A stretch of DNA of 64,000 nt from Gammaproteobacteria bacterium (GCA_965223825.1 OZ245018.1:1097032-1161031), one strand, 5' to 3'. Positions 31,678 through 42,652 are shown, counted from the stretch's first letter. Made by a program: numbers and translations. Notes: generated by a model from the sequence alone, not told the origin.

Positions 31678-31915
31678 GTTATTGAGCTACTGGAAATGCC
31701 AGTAGGGCAAATAAACACCTGTTTTTATCTCACAATTACGCCATAGTTTGCGGGCGTAAAAGGATGCTTTCAAGGCGCGCGATTAGACACCAAGAAATAC
31801 AAGAATACAAGAGAAAAAAACAAAATTTAAAGACAATCGATCACGTTTTTAGATCAATCGGAAACGCTAGGTTTTTGCGGTAAATATGCTTGCTTAGGAT
31901 CGATCCGAATTATGA

Positions 31916-32428
31916 TCAGACGCTTTCTATTTCAACTTTTGTTATCGGTAGTAGCACTTCGCGTTCAGCCAACTTGGCAAGGTCGACTAAGTTACGAATA
32001 TCCTTATCAGAGAATTCATGTGGTTTCTTATCGATAATGCAAAAGGTCCCGAGTTTTGTACCATCTGGATAGACGAGTGGAAAACCGGCATAGAACCTAA
32101 TCTTCGGTTCACCAGTAACTAAGGGGTTATCGGCAAAACGGGGATCTTTCAAGGCGTCTTCTACAACCAATGGTGCATATGTAAGTATAGCGTGGCCACA
32201 GAAAGAAATATCACGCCCTGTTTCTGTTGCATCCAAACCGATACAGGATTTAAACCATTGACGGTTTTTATCAACCAGCGAGACAAGCGCAATAGGGACG
32301 TTAAATACTTGTGTTGCAAGTCTTGTAAGGCGATCAAAGCGCTCTTCAGCAGCGGTATCTAATATATTTAAAGAGTGAAGATTTTCGATGCGTTGTGCTT
32401 CGTTTTCTGGCATTGCTGGTTTTAGCAT
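31916..32428 (-). CDS. stand-alone GAF-domain protein
   Basis: It is 170 aa with a GAF-like core (ALVSLVDKNRQWFKS...FCGHAIL...FYAGFPLVYPDGTKLGTFCIID). Confidence 0.55.
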   Translation of the reverse strand: MLKPAMPENEAQRIENLHSLNILDTAAEERFDRLTRLATQVFNVPIALVSLVDKNRQWFKSCIGLDATETGRDISFCGHAILTYAPLVVEDALKDPRFADNPLVTGEPKIRFYAGFPLVYPDGTKLGTFCIIDKKPHEFSDKDIRNLVDLAKLAEREVLLPITKVEIESV

Positions 32429-32551
32429 GGTGAACAGTTCCCTATAGTGATTAACAAACCATCAGATCAAGTGGAGCTGACATGGTGTTTCTCAGGAATT
32501 CTATCGGCAATGTTTTAAATAACTTTAGGAAGGTGTTTTTGTAGAAGATAA

Positions 32552-32577
32552 CCGCCCCTGCGCAGTATCAGGGGCGG
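32552..32577 (-). terminator. possible terminator hairpin downstream of bcsC
   Basis: A 9 bp GC-rich stem (ccgcccctg / caggggcgg) lies 7 nt after the bcsC stop. The minus-strand downstream tract is only moderately U-rich (ttatcttct). Confidence 0.35.
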
Positions 32578-32583
32578 GGTAAA

Positions 32584-35500
32584 TCAGTCGTTCCAAGGGC
32601 GATCTTTTAGATCAGAGCTGAAGACAGATGGTCGATCAAAGGCATTGACTCTAAGAAAGACGCCGCCACCGATGTCATCAAAGTTTGGTGATTGGGTGAT
32701 GTTAACGAATGCGCCCAATTGTAACCAAGGGCTAAGTCGATAAACACCGGATAGTTGGCTATCGAATGCCATACCACTATCACTGCCACCGGTGAAGATT
32801 GGGCCAGAGTTACTCAGTGGTAACGCATTTGCATCAGCTTCATCAGTGTATTGATAACCTAACGCTGCCCGCCCTTTGATCACAAATTGTTTGGCTTCGT
32901 TCGTCTGGAAGTTTACTTCACCACTGAGGCGATGGAAGCTGTCCGGGCTGAAGTAGCCGCCGTGACCGTAGGTGAAAAAGCTTCGGTTGTCGCTGTAGTG
33001 ATCAACACGATAAGCCGGGCCGACGGTAAGGTATTTGAACCCTTTTTTATCGAGTTCGTAAGCGGCAGACACCCAAGCTGCGAGGTGATCATTATCGGCG
33101 ACGTTATGTCCATCCAAAGTACTAAGCTGGCCGCCGACATTGTATGACCATTTTTCATTGATCTTCTGTCGTAGGTTAGCGCGTACGCCTTTTTCGACCA
33201 CACGCCCCCAGCTTTCGCCGCTAACGGGATCTACAATGCCAACTGTCGATAGAATCGATTCTTGTTTATTCTCAGCGAACGCTTCAGCAGTGACGTGCGT
33301 TGTATCCGTTTTAATATCAATACCGACTTTACCGACAAGTGCTTCACCGATTTCGGCTCCCATCGGTGTGGTACCGATTTGGATATACGGCGAGATGGGC
33401 CCTTCGTAACGATAGCCAAACATCGGCTCAAGTAATGAGCTTTCTTTGGTCGTCGGGGTGACAGCAAATTGGTTGAATAGGCCATTCACATTACGGCCGA
33501 GGAGGGCGTTGTTGACCGGTGAGCCACTTCTGAGGTTGATCAGGTCAAGCGAGGCGGTGAAATGATGCAGACCATGCGCCATGCGCGCTTCGATCTCAAT
33601 GCCTGTCATGTCGAGTTGGCCTAGGCCAGATTCTCCACTACGTTGTCGTGCGTATGGCATGACGGACAGGGATGGCGTTCCAATATTTTTCAACTCAGGT
33701 AAAACGGTTTTACGTGTGTGATCAGCAAGAATGAATTGATCACGATAAAACTGTCGGATGGCGTGCATATCGTCGACATTGTCTTTGATAGGCCCACCTA
33801 ATTCTGTGGCGACTTGTTCAAGTTGCTTGTCTTGCTTCATCGCTTGCAAGCTGGCGGCAAGGCCATCAGCAGATTCTTTATCTGGTTGCTGGCGATAGAG
33901 TGATTCGAAATGCTTTGCTGCCAGAGCATGTTGACCTGTTTGATACTGACTCCATGCGATGAGTTTATCTGCAGCCATGCTGGGGTTAAGTGCTGAACTG
34001 GCTTGTGCATCTTTCAGGCTGCCGACGTAATCACCCGTGAGATAACGTTGGTTAGCACGATCGAGTAATAATTCAGCTTGCAGTACGCGCATGTTATCGG
34101 ACTCATCAGACCATTGTTCAGCAAGTTTTGTTGCACCGTCTAGATTTCCGAGTTTGCGCATTGTTTGCGCTAAACCATACGCATAATCCGCGTTTTTACT
34201 CCATGCCATCGCGCGCTCAAACCAATACAGAGCATTACCGTAATCACCCTTATCAAAATAAGCCCAGCCTGCTGCACCGGCCATGTTGGCATCTTGCCGG
34301 CTAACGACTTGATCTGCGATGCGTTTGAAATTGAAGAGGACTTGGAAGTAGTCTTTGTCTTTTAGGTACTCACCGATCCAGCTTTTATAAAAGTCGAAGT
34401 ATAGCGCTGCAGTAGCTGGTTGATCAGCTGGTGCCCGCGAACTCAAGAAAAAGTTCAGCGGCCCACAATCAACACGGCCGACATCCAGTACGCGTCGAAA
34501 ATGTTTGTTTTCAATCGCACTAAAAACAACGCCTTTCGCGCTCTCGATATCTTCCTGTGCTTGGTAAAGCTCAACAAACTTGTCCTCTGCGGCTTCTAAT
34601 TGGAATTGATGATATAAACTCCATGCTTCAACTAAACCAAGTGAGCGTGCTACAGACTCGTTACGCTGTTTGGTTGGTTGGGCCAACGTACTTGCGGCAA
34701 TCGTAGCTGCTTGTTCGTAATTGCCTTGTTTGTAGGCGCGATTCGCCTTTCCTAATGCAATTTCATCCGCACTGAGTTTAGGTGCATAATTTGTTGATCC
34801 AGCCACTGTTCTTTTTGGGAAAAGCGAGAGAAAACGACGATCACGTTCTTGCCAGTTTTTAACGATAACGCGAGCTTGATCTGGTTCGTTTGAGTCGCGT
34901 AAGGCCAGTGCTAGACCATAAGCTGTGTCGTTGTTTTGTTCCCAAGATAAGGATTGTGCAAACCAGTCTTTCGCTTTTGTTGGGTTTAGCCGGCGCATTT
35001 CCCACCAGCCTAATAAACTGGCGGTGCGAGCGTCTTTACGTTGGGTAATCTTATCTGCAATTGGTGCGAGAGCGCTTTCCATTTGGACGTCGTTTTTTTC
35101 TTCCCACGCTTGCGCTAACCAGCCTGTGTAAAAGGTGTATTCAAAGTTATTGAGGGCGGTTTGTTCATCCACGCTGTGCGGACGTGATTTCTCTAGCGCT
35201 AGCAAATTCTCAGACTGATTACGGCCCAGCTGTTGGGATGCGCGTTGCAATGTGACTAAACGGTGTTCTGCGTTAGCGCAGCGTGTGATCAAGCCCGCAT
35301 AGAGTTCGTTAACGGCGCTTGATCGACCTGTTGCGGAGTAAGCGTCAGCCAATGTCCATTGATTTGAGATCTCGCCGCAAGCGAAGGCATTAGGATAATC
35401 GCGATGAAGCGCGATGATGGCAGGCCAGTCTTCGTTATCTTTCGCTTCGCTAATTTCAGCGCGGATAAGACCTGCAAGTAGATCTGATGGGGGTGTCCAA

Positions 35501-35799
35501 TCTGGGTATTGGCGCTGGTAACGATCAATCAGTGTTTTGAGTTCGCTGTATTTTTTCTTGCTGAGTAATCGCCATAGGGCACGTTCATCTACTGGCGATA
35601 CGGGGTTGACGGCAGCAGGTTCAGATTCGAGCTCGGGGTAGTAAATGTTGTCGTAGCTTTTCGCCTCGTAGTCGGTGACAGTCATTTCGTCTGCGGCTTT
35701 TGGGCTCAAGCAGTCCGTTACAAAAACACTCAGAGCGACACCGAGAATGCCGGGCGCAATGCGAATAGGGCGGTGTTGCGATGTAAGGTCTTTTTTCAT
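32584..35799 (-). CDS. bcsC: cellulose synthase operon protein C (TPR repeats plus C-terminal outer-membrane beta-barrel)
   Basis: The start is placed at the ATG at 35799, giving MKKDLTSQHRP with a signal peptide, and it overlaps the bcsZ stop as ATGA. The longer track ORF (to 35979) would overlap bcsZ by 180 nt. Many TPR-like repeats are followed by a C-terminal beta-barrel ending in an aromatic-rich region. Confidence 0.8.
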   Translation of the reverse strand: MKKDLTSQHRPIRIAPGILGVALSVFVTDCLSPKAADEMTVTDYEAKSYDNIYYPELESEPAAVNPVSPVDERALWRLLSKKKYSELKTLIDRYQRQYPDWTPPSDLLAGLIRAEISEAKDNEDWPAIIALHRDYPNAFACGEISNQWTLADAYSATGRSSAVNELYAGLITRCANAEHRLVTLQRASQQLGRNQSENLLALEKSRPHSVDEQTALNNFEYTFYTGWLAQAWEEKNDVQMESALAPIADKITQRKDARTASLLGWWEMRRLNPTKAKDWFAQSLSWEQNNDTAYGLALALRDSNEPDQARVIVKNWQERDRRFLSLFPKRTVAGSTNYAPKLSADEIALGKANRAYKQGNYEQAATIAASTLAQPTKQRNESVARSLGLVEAWSLYHQFQLEAAEDKFVELYQAQEDIESAKGVVFSAIENKHFRRVLDVGRVDCGPLNFFLSSRAPADQPATAALYFDFYKSWIGEYLKDKDYFQVLFNFKRIADQVVSRQDANMAGAAGWAYFDKGDYGNALYWFERAMAWSKNADYAYGLAQTMRKLGNLDGATKLAEQWSDESDNMRVLQAELLLDRANQRYLTGDYVGSLKDAQASSALNPSMAADKLIAWSQYQTGQHALAAKHFESLYRQQPDKESADGLAASLQAMKQDKQLEQVATELGGPIKDNVDDMHAIRQFYRDQFILADHTRKTVLPELKNIGTPSLSVMPYARQRSGESGLGQLDMTGIEIEARMAHGLHHFTASLDLINLRSGSPVNNALLGRNVNGLFNQFAVTPTTKESSLLEPMFGYRYEGPISPYIQIGTTPMGAEIGEALVGKVGIDIKTDTTHVTAEAFAENKQESILSTVGIVDPVSGESWGRVVEKGVRANLRQKINEKWSYNVGGQLSTLDGHNVADNDHLAAWVSAAYELDKKGFKYLTVGPAYRVDHYSDNRSFFTYGHGGYFSPDSFHRLSGEVNFQTNEAKQFVIKGRAALGYQYTDEADANALPLSNSGPIFTGGSDSGMAFDSQLSGVYRLSPWLQLGAFVNITQSPNFDDIGGGVFLRVNAFDRPSVFSSDLKDRPWND

Positions 35800-36869
35800 G
35801 GTGCTGATATCTCTGAAGATGCCAGTCGGCTCAGTAAAATCAGGCTGGCTGAATAATAATCTTGCTGATTGGTGACCGCGACATTGGTATGTCGATGATG
35901 ACTCGCCAACGATAGTACACTCAGCATGCCATCGGATGCTGCATACGGGGCGAATGTGCCGGTTTCCAAGTCTATCCAAGCAGGCGTACTTTCCATCTTG
36001 GATAAATGTTTTTGTAACGCTTGGTACGGCGCTAGGGTGTTACTCATATCTTGATTAAGCCATGCTAATGACAACGGGATACGGATCGCATCGTAGCTAA
36101 AACGTACCGGAAAATCCTCGCTGGGTTTCACAGAATGATCGATGTATAAGGCGATCCAGTCTGCGGGTAACTGCCATTGGCCAAATTGCGCTTGCTCAAT
36201 CAATGATAGTCCACTATCGATCAACGTATTCCAAACGGGGTCTTGGTCAAACTTGGATATGTCACGTAATGCGGGGAACACCCAATACGATAGATTCAGG
36301 ATCAGGTGATCATCCCGTTCAAAACCCACTGCACCAGGTAAAAGCACAGTCTGATCCGCAAATGGTTTGATCAGTTTTGTTTTAACTGTGGTCAGAATAG
36401 TTCTTGCGTCGTCAGCATATTTTCCATCAGCCCATTTATTGCTGGCTCTGATCAGTGCCCATGCGGTGTAAAGATCGGCATCGCTGGCGTTATTTTGATC
36501 TGTTACATGCGAACCTTCTGCATCAGTCTCTGGCGTCCATCGCCAAGCGAGGAGGGCATCGTCTCTTATTTGCAGGTGGGTTTGCGTCCAATTCCAGATA
36601 TTATCGAAGGTTTGTTGATCGTCGTAATTAACAGACAACAGCATGCCCCAGCTTTGTCCTTCAGAATGTGAGACATTCTTATTGCCGGTATCAATAATTC
36701 GACCTGAAGCATCCAAAAATTGCGTTTTGTACTGTTGCCAGTCTGGATCGGGCTGCGGCCAGAAGTTTGTTTGAAACTGCATGGCCCACAGTCCGATTAA
36801 TCCCAGAATGCCGAACATAATCGCAATAATTCGAGGTCGGCCAAGCGCCTTAATCCTCGATGCGAACAT
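35796..36869 (-). CDS. bcsZ: endo-1,4-beta-glucanase, glycoside hydrolase family 8 (BcsZ)
   Basis: It is 357 aa with a signal peptide and GH8-like motifs (SEGQSWGMLLSV, DADLYTAWALIRA). The true start may be the downstream Met at 36818. Confidence 0.7.
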   Translation of the reverse strand: MFASRIKALGRPRIIAIMFGILGLIGLWAMQFQTNFWPQPDPDWQQYKTQFLDASGRIIDTGNKNVSHSEGQSWGMLLSVNYDDQQTFDNIWNWTQTHLQIRDDALLAWRWTPETDAEGSHVTDQNNASDADLYTAWALIRASNKWADGKYADDARTILTTVKTKLIKPFADQTVLLPGAVGFERDDHLILNLSYWVFPALRDISKFDQDPVWNTLIDSGLSLIEQAQFGQWQLPADWIALYIDHSVKPSEDFPVRFSYDAIRIPLSLAWLNQDMSNTLAPYQALQKHLSKMESTPAWIDLETGTFAPYAASDGMLSVLSLASHHRHTNVAVTNQQDYYSASLILLSRLASSEISAP

Positions 36870-39285
36870 CGCTTCTATGGCGACGAGTGAAACGTCGTCT
36901 CAGTAGGATGCGGGTCAACCACGCAAGCAAGATGATGATGACGAAAACGCCAAGTATCCACCACCACGGACTTTTTGATACGTGATAACGCATCTGGTCA
37001 CGGGCGCTCGCATCACCAACGAAGTATTTTTCGCCTGCTGTTTGCGTCACGATGCTTCGCGGTTCGTCTGACCATAAGGCGACATCACCTGAAAGTTTCG
37101 TCCACAGTGACGGCTGAACTAGCGCTTTCATGTAGTTGTGTAGTTTTTGACCATCATCAGCAGCAAACACAGTCAACATTCGTTTTTCACCATATGGTGA
37201 AAGGAATGCTGTCACTAGGCCATGTGATTGAGGAACGACGTTTTGTGTCATTCGAGCCAGCATCATATCGGCGGTAGGCTCAGCAGATTGTTCCTTTTCT
37301 CCGAACATTTTTGACAGTTTGCCGAGCTGTTTCTTGTTGAGGTTACCGGAGACATCATCCGCGACAGGGTAAGGGTATTTCTTGTCGCCATCTAATGAGA
37401 TGGTGGCATTTTGCATGAAGTCTTCATCAAGCTGGTCGTAAGTGGCAAGTACGATCTGCTCGCGATCATCTTGGGGGATAGAAAAGCCAATTTCTACATC
37501 CATCAATGGACCGTCGGCAACCTGCGCCATTTTTGCGAGGAGCGTCCAAGCCGATGCGATCGTTTCGTGATCACGGCTGAGTAATGAAATGGCCATCGGC
37601 TCAGGCTCACCACTGCGACGGTAAGGGAATACCGATTCAGCGAAGAGTTTTAGATCCGGTAATGCAGCGTATTTTGTTGCATAAGGGACTTTCAATGTTG
37701 ATGAACCGTACAGGGTAAACATTAAATTACCGGAGTTAACCGCGATACATTCACCACCAACGCTTGGGATCAAGGACGGCTCGAAACGCAGGTGATTTCT
37801 ACCCGGTTTAAACGATCGCAGTGGTAGTCTTAACGTGTAGCCTTTATAGACCGAACCTTTTGGATCGCTTAGTGAAATTACACGTTCAAAGGTTTCGTTT
37901 AGCATCACGTTTAAGACCGAGTCACTTCGCAATTGCGCGCCATAAGAGAAGTCGAGGCTTAATTCGACGACGGCATCTTCCGCAGCATAGAAATCAGGCG
38001 GTAGGTCAAATGTCAGGTCGAGCTGGTGATAACCAGAACCTTGCACAGTTGAAGTCGACATACCCAAATCTTTCAGGGTGTATGTGTGATCCGTATTAAT
38101 GAAGTTTTTGCGACCGAAACGCGCACGCGTTGGGATTTCTGCCTGCTTGATAAGCGTTGATGTCGCATCTGTATAGGGGAAATCGACAAAGCTTAACGCA
38201 GCAGCAGCACGTTTTAACTCTTCTTCATTAGTACCTGAAACGAGTAAGACAAAATAGCGTGGATCGGCAGCCAGAGGGTAGATACCTAAAAAGGCATCGG
38301 TGATTTGATTAGCGAGTGACTCTTTTAGGTATGGCGTGAGTTCATCACGCGTACCGATCAGAATATTGTCAGCGCCAGATAACTCACTGAGATCCATTCC
38401 CGGAAACATATTAGATTCATCTTCACTGTAATAAAGAGGTTGGCGTAGTCGTTTAATCGATCCGCTGTTAAACAATGGCGAGCGGTAAAAATGACGAAGA
38501 CCAACAGCCTCTGCCACAAGCGCGCCAGCACCCATGTGTTTTTCTTGTAAGCCTTCTGGCAATAACACACGATATTCTTGTGGATTACCGACAGCAGGGC
38601 CCATGACATATTCCAACTCAGATAACATCGCATCGATAGGCTGTAATTCACCGATCAGCGTTAACTGCGAGTTATAAGTATCAATCTCTGTCCATAGTTC
38701 TGGCGCACCCGGATCTTCACACTCTAACGTGTAATGTTGGGCTACCCATAGAGTCAGGTTATTGAAACCTGGTTGTAAAAGCTCAGCGGGTAAGGGAATG
38801 ATCACATCAACTTGTGACTGATCTGGGCGAAGCGCAAGCTGTGAAATAGTGATGTCATTCAGCTTTACACGTATTTGTGAACGATCTTGTAATAGTGAAA
38901 TTGAATTAGTGAATTTAAGTCGTAACTCAGCCGACGTCACATTCAAGCGGTTGGAAACTGGGAAATACAACGCATGTTGGGCGTTAGAGCGGCGTAGCGT
39001 GATCGGCTCTGGTGTCGGCATGAAGTCTTGTAACGGGAAGACAAAAGATTTGGTTAAAACACCGGTTTCTTTTCCCGTACTTTCTAGCGTATCGGTAAAG
39101 GCGCTGCGATCAGACGGTATTGTTGGAACTTGTGATTCCGATCTGATCTGGCTGTCAACGTCGTCCGCAGCAAGGGCCGAAGACGTGATGAACATACTGA
39201 CCACAGCGAACATGAATTGTGAGAGACGGTTAGCGTGTTGCCCACCTCTAAAAGTGTTATTTGTATATGTTCGTACTTTCATCAT
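36850..39285 (-). CDS. bcsB: cellulose synthase regulatory subunit BcsB
   Basis: It is 811 aa with an N-terminal signal peptide, a large periplasmic region and a C-terminal TM anchor (WWILGVFVIIILLAWLTRILL). It sits immediately downstream of bcsA. Confidence 0.8.
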   Translation of the reverse strand: MMKVRTYTNNTFRGGQHANRLSQFMFAVVSMFITSSALAADDVDSQIRSESQVPTIPSDRSAFTDTLESTGKETGVLTKSFVFPLQDFMPTPEPITLRRSNAQHALYFPVSNRLNVTSAELRLKFTNSISLLQDRSQIRVKLNDITISQLALRPDQSQVDVIIPLPAELLQPGFNNLTLWVAQHYTLECEDPGAPELWTEIDTYNSQLTLIGELQPIDAMLSELEYVMGPAVGNPQEYRVLLPEGLQEKHMGAGALVAEAVGLRHFYRSPLFNSGSIKRLRQPLYYSEDESNMFPGMDLSELSGADNILIGTRDELTPYLKESLANQITDAFLGIYPLAADPRYFVLLVSGTNEEELKRAAAALSFVDFPYTDATSTLIKQAEIPTRARFGRKNFINTDHTYTLKDLGMSTSTVQGSGYHQLDLTFDLPPDFYAAEDAVVELSLDFSYGAQLRSDSVLNVMLNETFERVISLSDPKGSVYKGYTLRLPLRSFKPGRNHLRFEPSLIPSVGGECIAVNSGNLMFTLYGSSTLKVPYATKYAALPDLKLFAESVFPYRRSGEPEPMAISLLSRDHETIASAWTLLAKMAQVADGPLMDVEIGFSIPQDDREQIVLATYDQLDEDFMQNATISLDGDKKYPYPVADDVSGNLNKKQLGKLSKMFGEKEQSAEPTADMMLARMTQNVVPQSHGLVTAFLSPYGEKRMLTVFAADDGQKLHNYMKALVQPSLWTKLSGDVALWSDEPRSIVTQTAGEKYFVGDASARDQMRYHVSKSPWWWILGVFVIIILLAWLTRILLRRRFTRRHRSDVRIED

Positions 39286-39311
39286 ACTTCCCTCTGAGCC
39301 TTAGTATATTT

Positions 39312-41573
39312 TTAGTAAGCGTTATCTAAATCTGTTTTTTTGAGACGGAATAATCTTGCCACAAAACGTTTGAAACTCATGGCAATGTGCGACAAATGGA
39401 GGCGTGAATGTTTCACTCCCCAGAAGACAAGAAGTGCAAGACCTTTCAGTTTACTCACACTACTCGGGCGATCATTCCACATGTTTGACCAGCGCGCGCT
39501 ATCACCATGAACTAATGAAATAATTTCCGCACGCTGTTGTGCACTGGTTGAAACGAACTCCAGACCACAAATACGTCCTTCGCGAGTAGTCTTGACCATT
39601 TTAATGTCAACCACGAGCTTGCTGATTCGATTAAGCGCTTTGTTGTGGACTAGGAGCTGACCATGTGCACCACGATCCAACATTTGATCGGTCAGATCTT
39701 GTGTGATGATGCCTGCACCACCTGTTGATAGATTCTCGACTACGCATGGAATGTGTGATTTGTGAATAACCAGCGTCGCTTCTTCATGCGCACCCGCATC
39801 TATCCGAGGCATTGCACGACGTTGTTTCAGCTCAGCCAACACACCAAACGAGGCGAGCAACAGTAAAATATTGATCAGATGCCAAAAGCCGACTAATAAG
39901 ATCAGCATTCTTTCTTCAGGAAAACTGACGTAACGATAAATACCGATCCCCAACGCAAAAAGCTGGATCATGAAGAAGATATAAAAAGGCGAGGCCAGTG
40001 GTGAAATGAAATCATTATCCAGGTGTTCACCTTTTGGTGTCACCACAAATTTTGGTGCTTTGGGATTCGCGATCGTCTTACATAAGCCTTGCAAGCTGAA
40101 AATTGATTGCAAGGTTTCATACAGCATGGAGACAAAAGGCCATCGTACGTTTTTATATAAAAAGCTCGAAAGGTGAATCGATGCCCAATAGTGTGGGAGT
40201 GTATAGGCAAGCACTTCAAGCGTATTGGCGTTATAAATTTCCAAACCAAACAACAGATACATCAACGGCGCGACGAAAAAAATAACGCGCGCGAACGGGA
40301 AGAACCAGTAAAGGCAATTGGATAGATAGCAAAAGCGTTGCGACATGGTCAAACCGGGACGGAACACTGGGTTTTTCATCAGCATGATTTGAACCATGCC
40401 CGTACCCCAGCGTAAGCGCTGTGTGATGAACGCAGAAAAACTTTCAGGTGCAAGTCCAGAAATGAGTGGCTCACTAATGTAGAGACTATTAAAACCTCGG
40501 CTGTGCAGCTCTAGCGCGGTTTCAGCATCCTCAGTCACCGAGCTGGTGGCAAAGCCGCCAATTTCTTCTAAACAAGTGCGGCGTAAAACGGCGGCCGATC
40601 CGGCGAAAAGTGATCCGTTCCAATAATCCAAACCCTTCTGCATTAACCGATAGAAAACCTCGTTTTCACTCGGCATACGAGAAAAAATTTCTAAGTTTTT
40701 CTCGACAGGATCGGGATTAATGAAAAAGTGGGGTGTTTGTACCAAGAACAATTTCGGATCGCGCTCAAAGTGACCCACGGTTTTTTCAAGGAAATCTGCA
40801 GCAGGAACGTGATCAGAATCGAGAATGACAACTAATTCACCGTGTGTTCGAAGTAGCGCGGCGTTGATATTTCCCGCTTTATGATCGCGGTTATCTTCCC
40901 GTGTAAGGTATGTCACACCTAAGTCGGAGCAGAGTTCTTTTAGACGTCGGCTACGGATCCGCGCAGTGATCGCGATTTCGGGTTGGTCGCTCTCAAGTTT
41001 GTCTTTTGTCCCGCCATCATCTAATAGGAATACATTGTATTTATGATCCGGATAATGCATTTGCATCGCCGCGACGAGCGTAACTTCAAGCATTTCAAAC
41101 GATTCGTTGTAGGTCGTGATCATGACATCGACAACGGGTAGTTTTTCAGGATCGCTATTGATCGGAACGTGTGGTCGTTTGATCGGTTCTATACAAACAA
41201 ACATGCCGAGCAAGCCGAGAATGATCGCGTATACCTCAGCAAGGTAAAGCAGGATCATCGGAATGAAATCAATCGGATCAGTCCAGCTTAGCGTTTCTGT
41301 TGTGCGCCAAGAAATATAGCGGATTGCTAGGAACGCGATGACGCCGAGATAAACAATGCGCCATAAACCGTGCTCGCAAAAACGCCGGGAAATAAGTAGA
41401 AACGCGATGAGTATCCCAGCGAGCCAAAACTGTGCGGAGACGTCAACGACAAGACTGGCAGCAAAAAACAATAAAAACAGCATTGCTCCCCAGAGCAACA
41501 CGAGTGACATGTCATTGTTTGCAGTATGTACTTCAGGACTACTTTTAAAGCGGACTTTGCCCCTTTTATTCAC
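39312..41573 (-). CDS. bcsA: cellulose synthase catalytic subunit (UDP-forming) BcsA with C-terminal PilZ domain
   Basis: GT2 motifs are present (DVMITTYNE, LLDDGG, ILDSDH, QRLRWGTG = QxxRW). The C-terminal PilZ motifs are RRAMPRID and DLSTGGAGI. Confidence 0.9.
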   Translation of the reverse strand: MNKRGKVRFKSSPEVHTANNDMSLVLLWGAMLFLLFFAASLVVDVSAQFWLAGILIAFLLISRRFCEHGLWRIVYLGVIAFLAIRYISWRTTETLSWTDPIDFIPMILLYLAEVYAIILGLLGMFVCIEPIKRPHVPINSDPEKLPVVDVMITTYNESFEMLEVTLVAAMQMHYPDHKYNVFLLDDGGTKDKLESDQPEIAITARIRSRRLKELCSDLGVTYLTREDNRDHKAGNINAALLRTHGELVVILDSDHVPAADFLEKTVGHFERDPKLFLVQTPHFFINPDPVEKNLEIFSRMPSENEVFYRLMQKGLDYWNGSLFAGSAAVLRRTCLEEIGGFATSSVTEDAETALELHSRGFNSLYISEPLISGLAPESFSAFITQRLRWGTGMVQIMLMKNPVFRPGLTMSQRFCYLSNCLYWFFPFARVIFFVAPLMYLLFGLEIYNANTLEVLAYTLPHYWASIHLSSFLYKNVRWPFVSMLYETLQSIFSLQGLCKTIANPKAPKFVVTPKGEHLDNDFISPLASPFYIFFMIQLFALGIGIYRYVSFPEERMLILLVGFWHLINILLLLASFGVLAELKQRRAMPRIDAGAHEEATLVIHKSHIPCVVENLSTGGAGIITQDLTDQMLDRGAHGQLLVHNKALNRISKLVVDIKMVKTTREGRICGLEFVSTSAQQRAEIISLVHGDSARWSNMWNDRPSSVSKLKGLALLVFWGVKHSRLHLSHIAMSFKRFVARLFRLKKTDLDNAY

Positions 41574-41745
41574 ACAACCCTCCCTAAGATTGGCTACGAT
41601 TATAGCTTAACTAACTACCTTGCATAGATGGGTTTATTACTTTGTTGAAGTTGAGGAAGTATTTATTTGCCTAAAAGACAAGAATTTGACGGTAGTTTAC
41701 AAAGAATAAAGATTTGTTGAGACGCGCAATGGTTATGCGAGAAAA

Positions 41746-41769
41746 GGCCGGTTGTGTTGGCAACCGGCC
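41746..41769 (-). terminator. rho-independent terminator of fabI (the hairpin also has a T-run on the plus strand)
   Basis: The stem ggccggttg / caaccggcc is flanked by gagaaaa upstream and tcagtgttttt downstream. On the minus strand this gives a stem followed by UUUUCUC directly after the fabI stop. Confidence 0.5.
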
Positions 41770-41781
41770 TCAGTGTTTTTA

Positions 41782-42561
41782 TTAACCAGTGATACCGAGG
41801 ATGTTGTAACCACTATCCACATATGTGATCTCGCCGGTGATGCCAGCGGCCAGATCAGAGCACATAAATGCAGCCGTATTGCCGACGTCGTCGATCGTCA
41901 CATTGCGACGCATTGGGGAATGTTCCTCAACGGTGTTGAGGAAGTCACGTAAACCGCTGATGCCAGATGCTGCAAGTGTTTTGATCGGTCCGGCAGAAAT
42001 GCCGTTTACCCGAATACCTTCGGGGCCAAGATTTGCAGCCATATAACGAACATTGGCTTCCAAACTTGCTTTTGCTAACCCCATCACGTTGTAGTTAGGC
42101 ATCGCACGGACAGCACCAATATAGCTCAGTGTGAGCATCGCACCTTGACGTCCCGCCATCATCGGGCGTGCGTTTTTTGCTAGCGCTGTGAAACTGTAGG
42201 AGCTGATATCGTGGGCCATTTTGAACCCTTCGCGCGTGACGCTATTAATATAATCATCTGCAAGTTCTTCACGTGGGGCGAAAGCAACCGCGTGGATTAG
42301 AATATCGATATGTTCCCAATGTGATTTCAAGCCGTCGAAAACTGCGGCAATTTCATCATCGTTTGCGACATCACACGGCAGCGTAATAGTGGAGTCCATC
42401 TCAGCGGCAAAGCCTTCTACACGGCCTTTTAGCTTGTCATTTTGATATGTAAAAGCGAGGTTTGCGCCTTCACGATGCATGGCTTTAGCAATACCATAAG
42501 CAATTGAGCGATTACTGGCGACACCGACGATCAGCGCGTTTTTTCCTGCAAGAAATCCCAT
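41782..42561 (-). CDS. fabI: enoyl-[acyl-carrier-protein] reductase (NADH) FabI
   Basis: Motifs present are [15 protein letters not shown] and the catalytic Y..K region ([16 protein letters not shown]). Length is 259 aa. Confidence 0.9.
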   Translation of the reverse strand: MGFLAGKNALIVGVASNRSIAYGIAKAMHREGANLAFTYQNDKLKGRVEGFAAEMDSTITLPCDVANDDEIAAVFDGLKSHWEHIDILIHAVAFAPREELADDYINSVTREGFKMAHDISSYSFTALAKNARPMMAGRQGAMLTLSYIGAVRAMPNYNVMGLAKASLEANVRYMAANLGPEGIRVNGISAGPIKTLAASGISGLRDFLNTVEEHSPMRRNVTIDDVGNTAAFMCSDLAAGITGEITYVDSGYNILGITG

Positions 42562-42652
42562 GAGTTGTCCTCTTTTTATGTAATTTCAGTGTTTATTTGT
42601 GGGTGCGTGTTTATAATCAACCACAATTGCGAGGGATCTTATAAGAAACTTT

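Noticed and set aside
32607-35528. Several small ORFs on both strands inside bcsC (e.g. 32887-33147, 33231-33485, 35289-35528)
   Set aside because: They are embedded in a continuous 1071-codon gene with recognisable TPR and beta-barrel architecture, and show no independent signals.
35800-35979. Upstream extension of bcsC (ORF track start at 35979)
   Set aside because: It would overlap bcsZ by 180 nt. The internal Met at 35799 gives an ATGA coupling with the bcsZ stop and a proper signal peptide.
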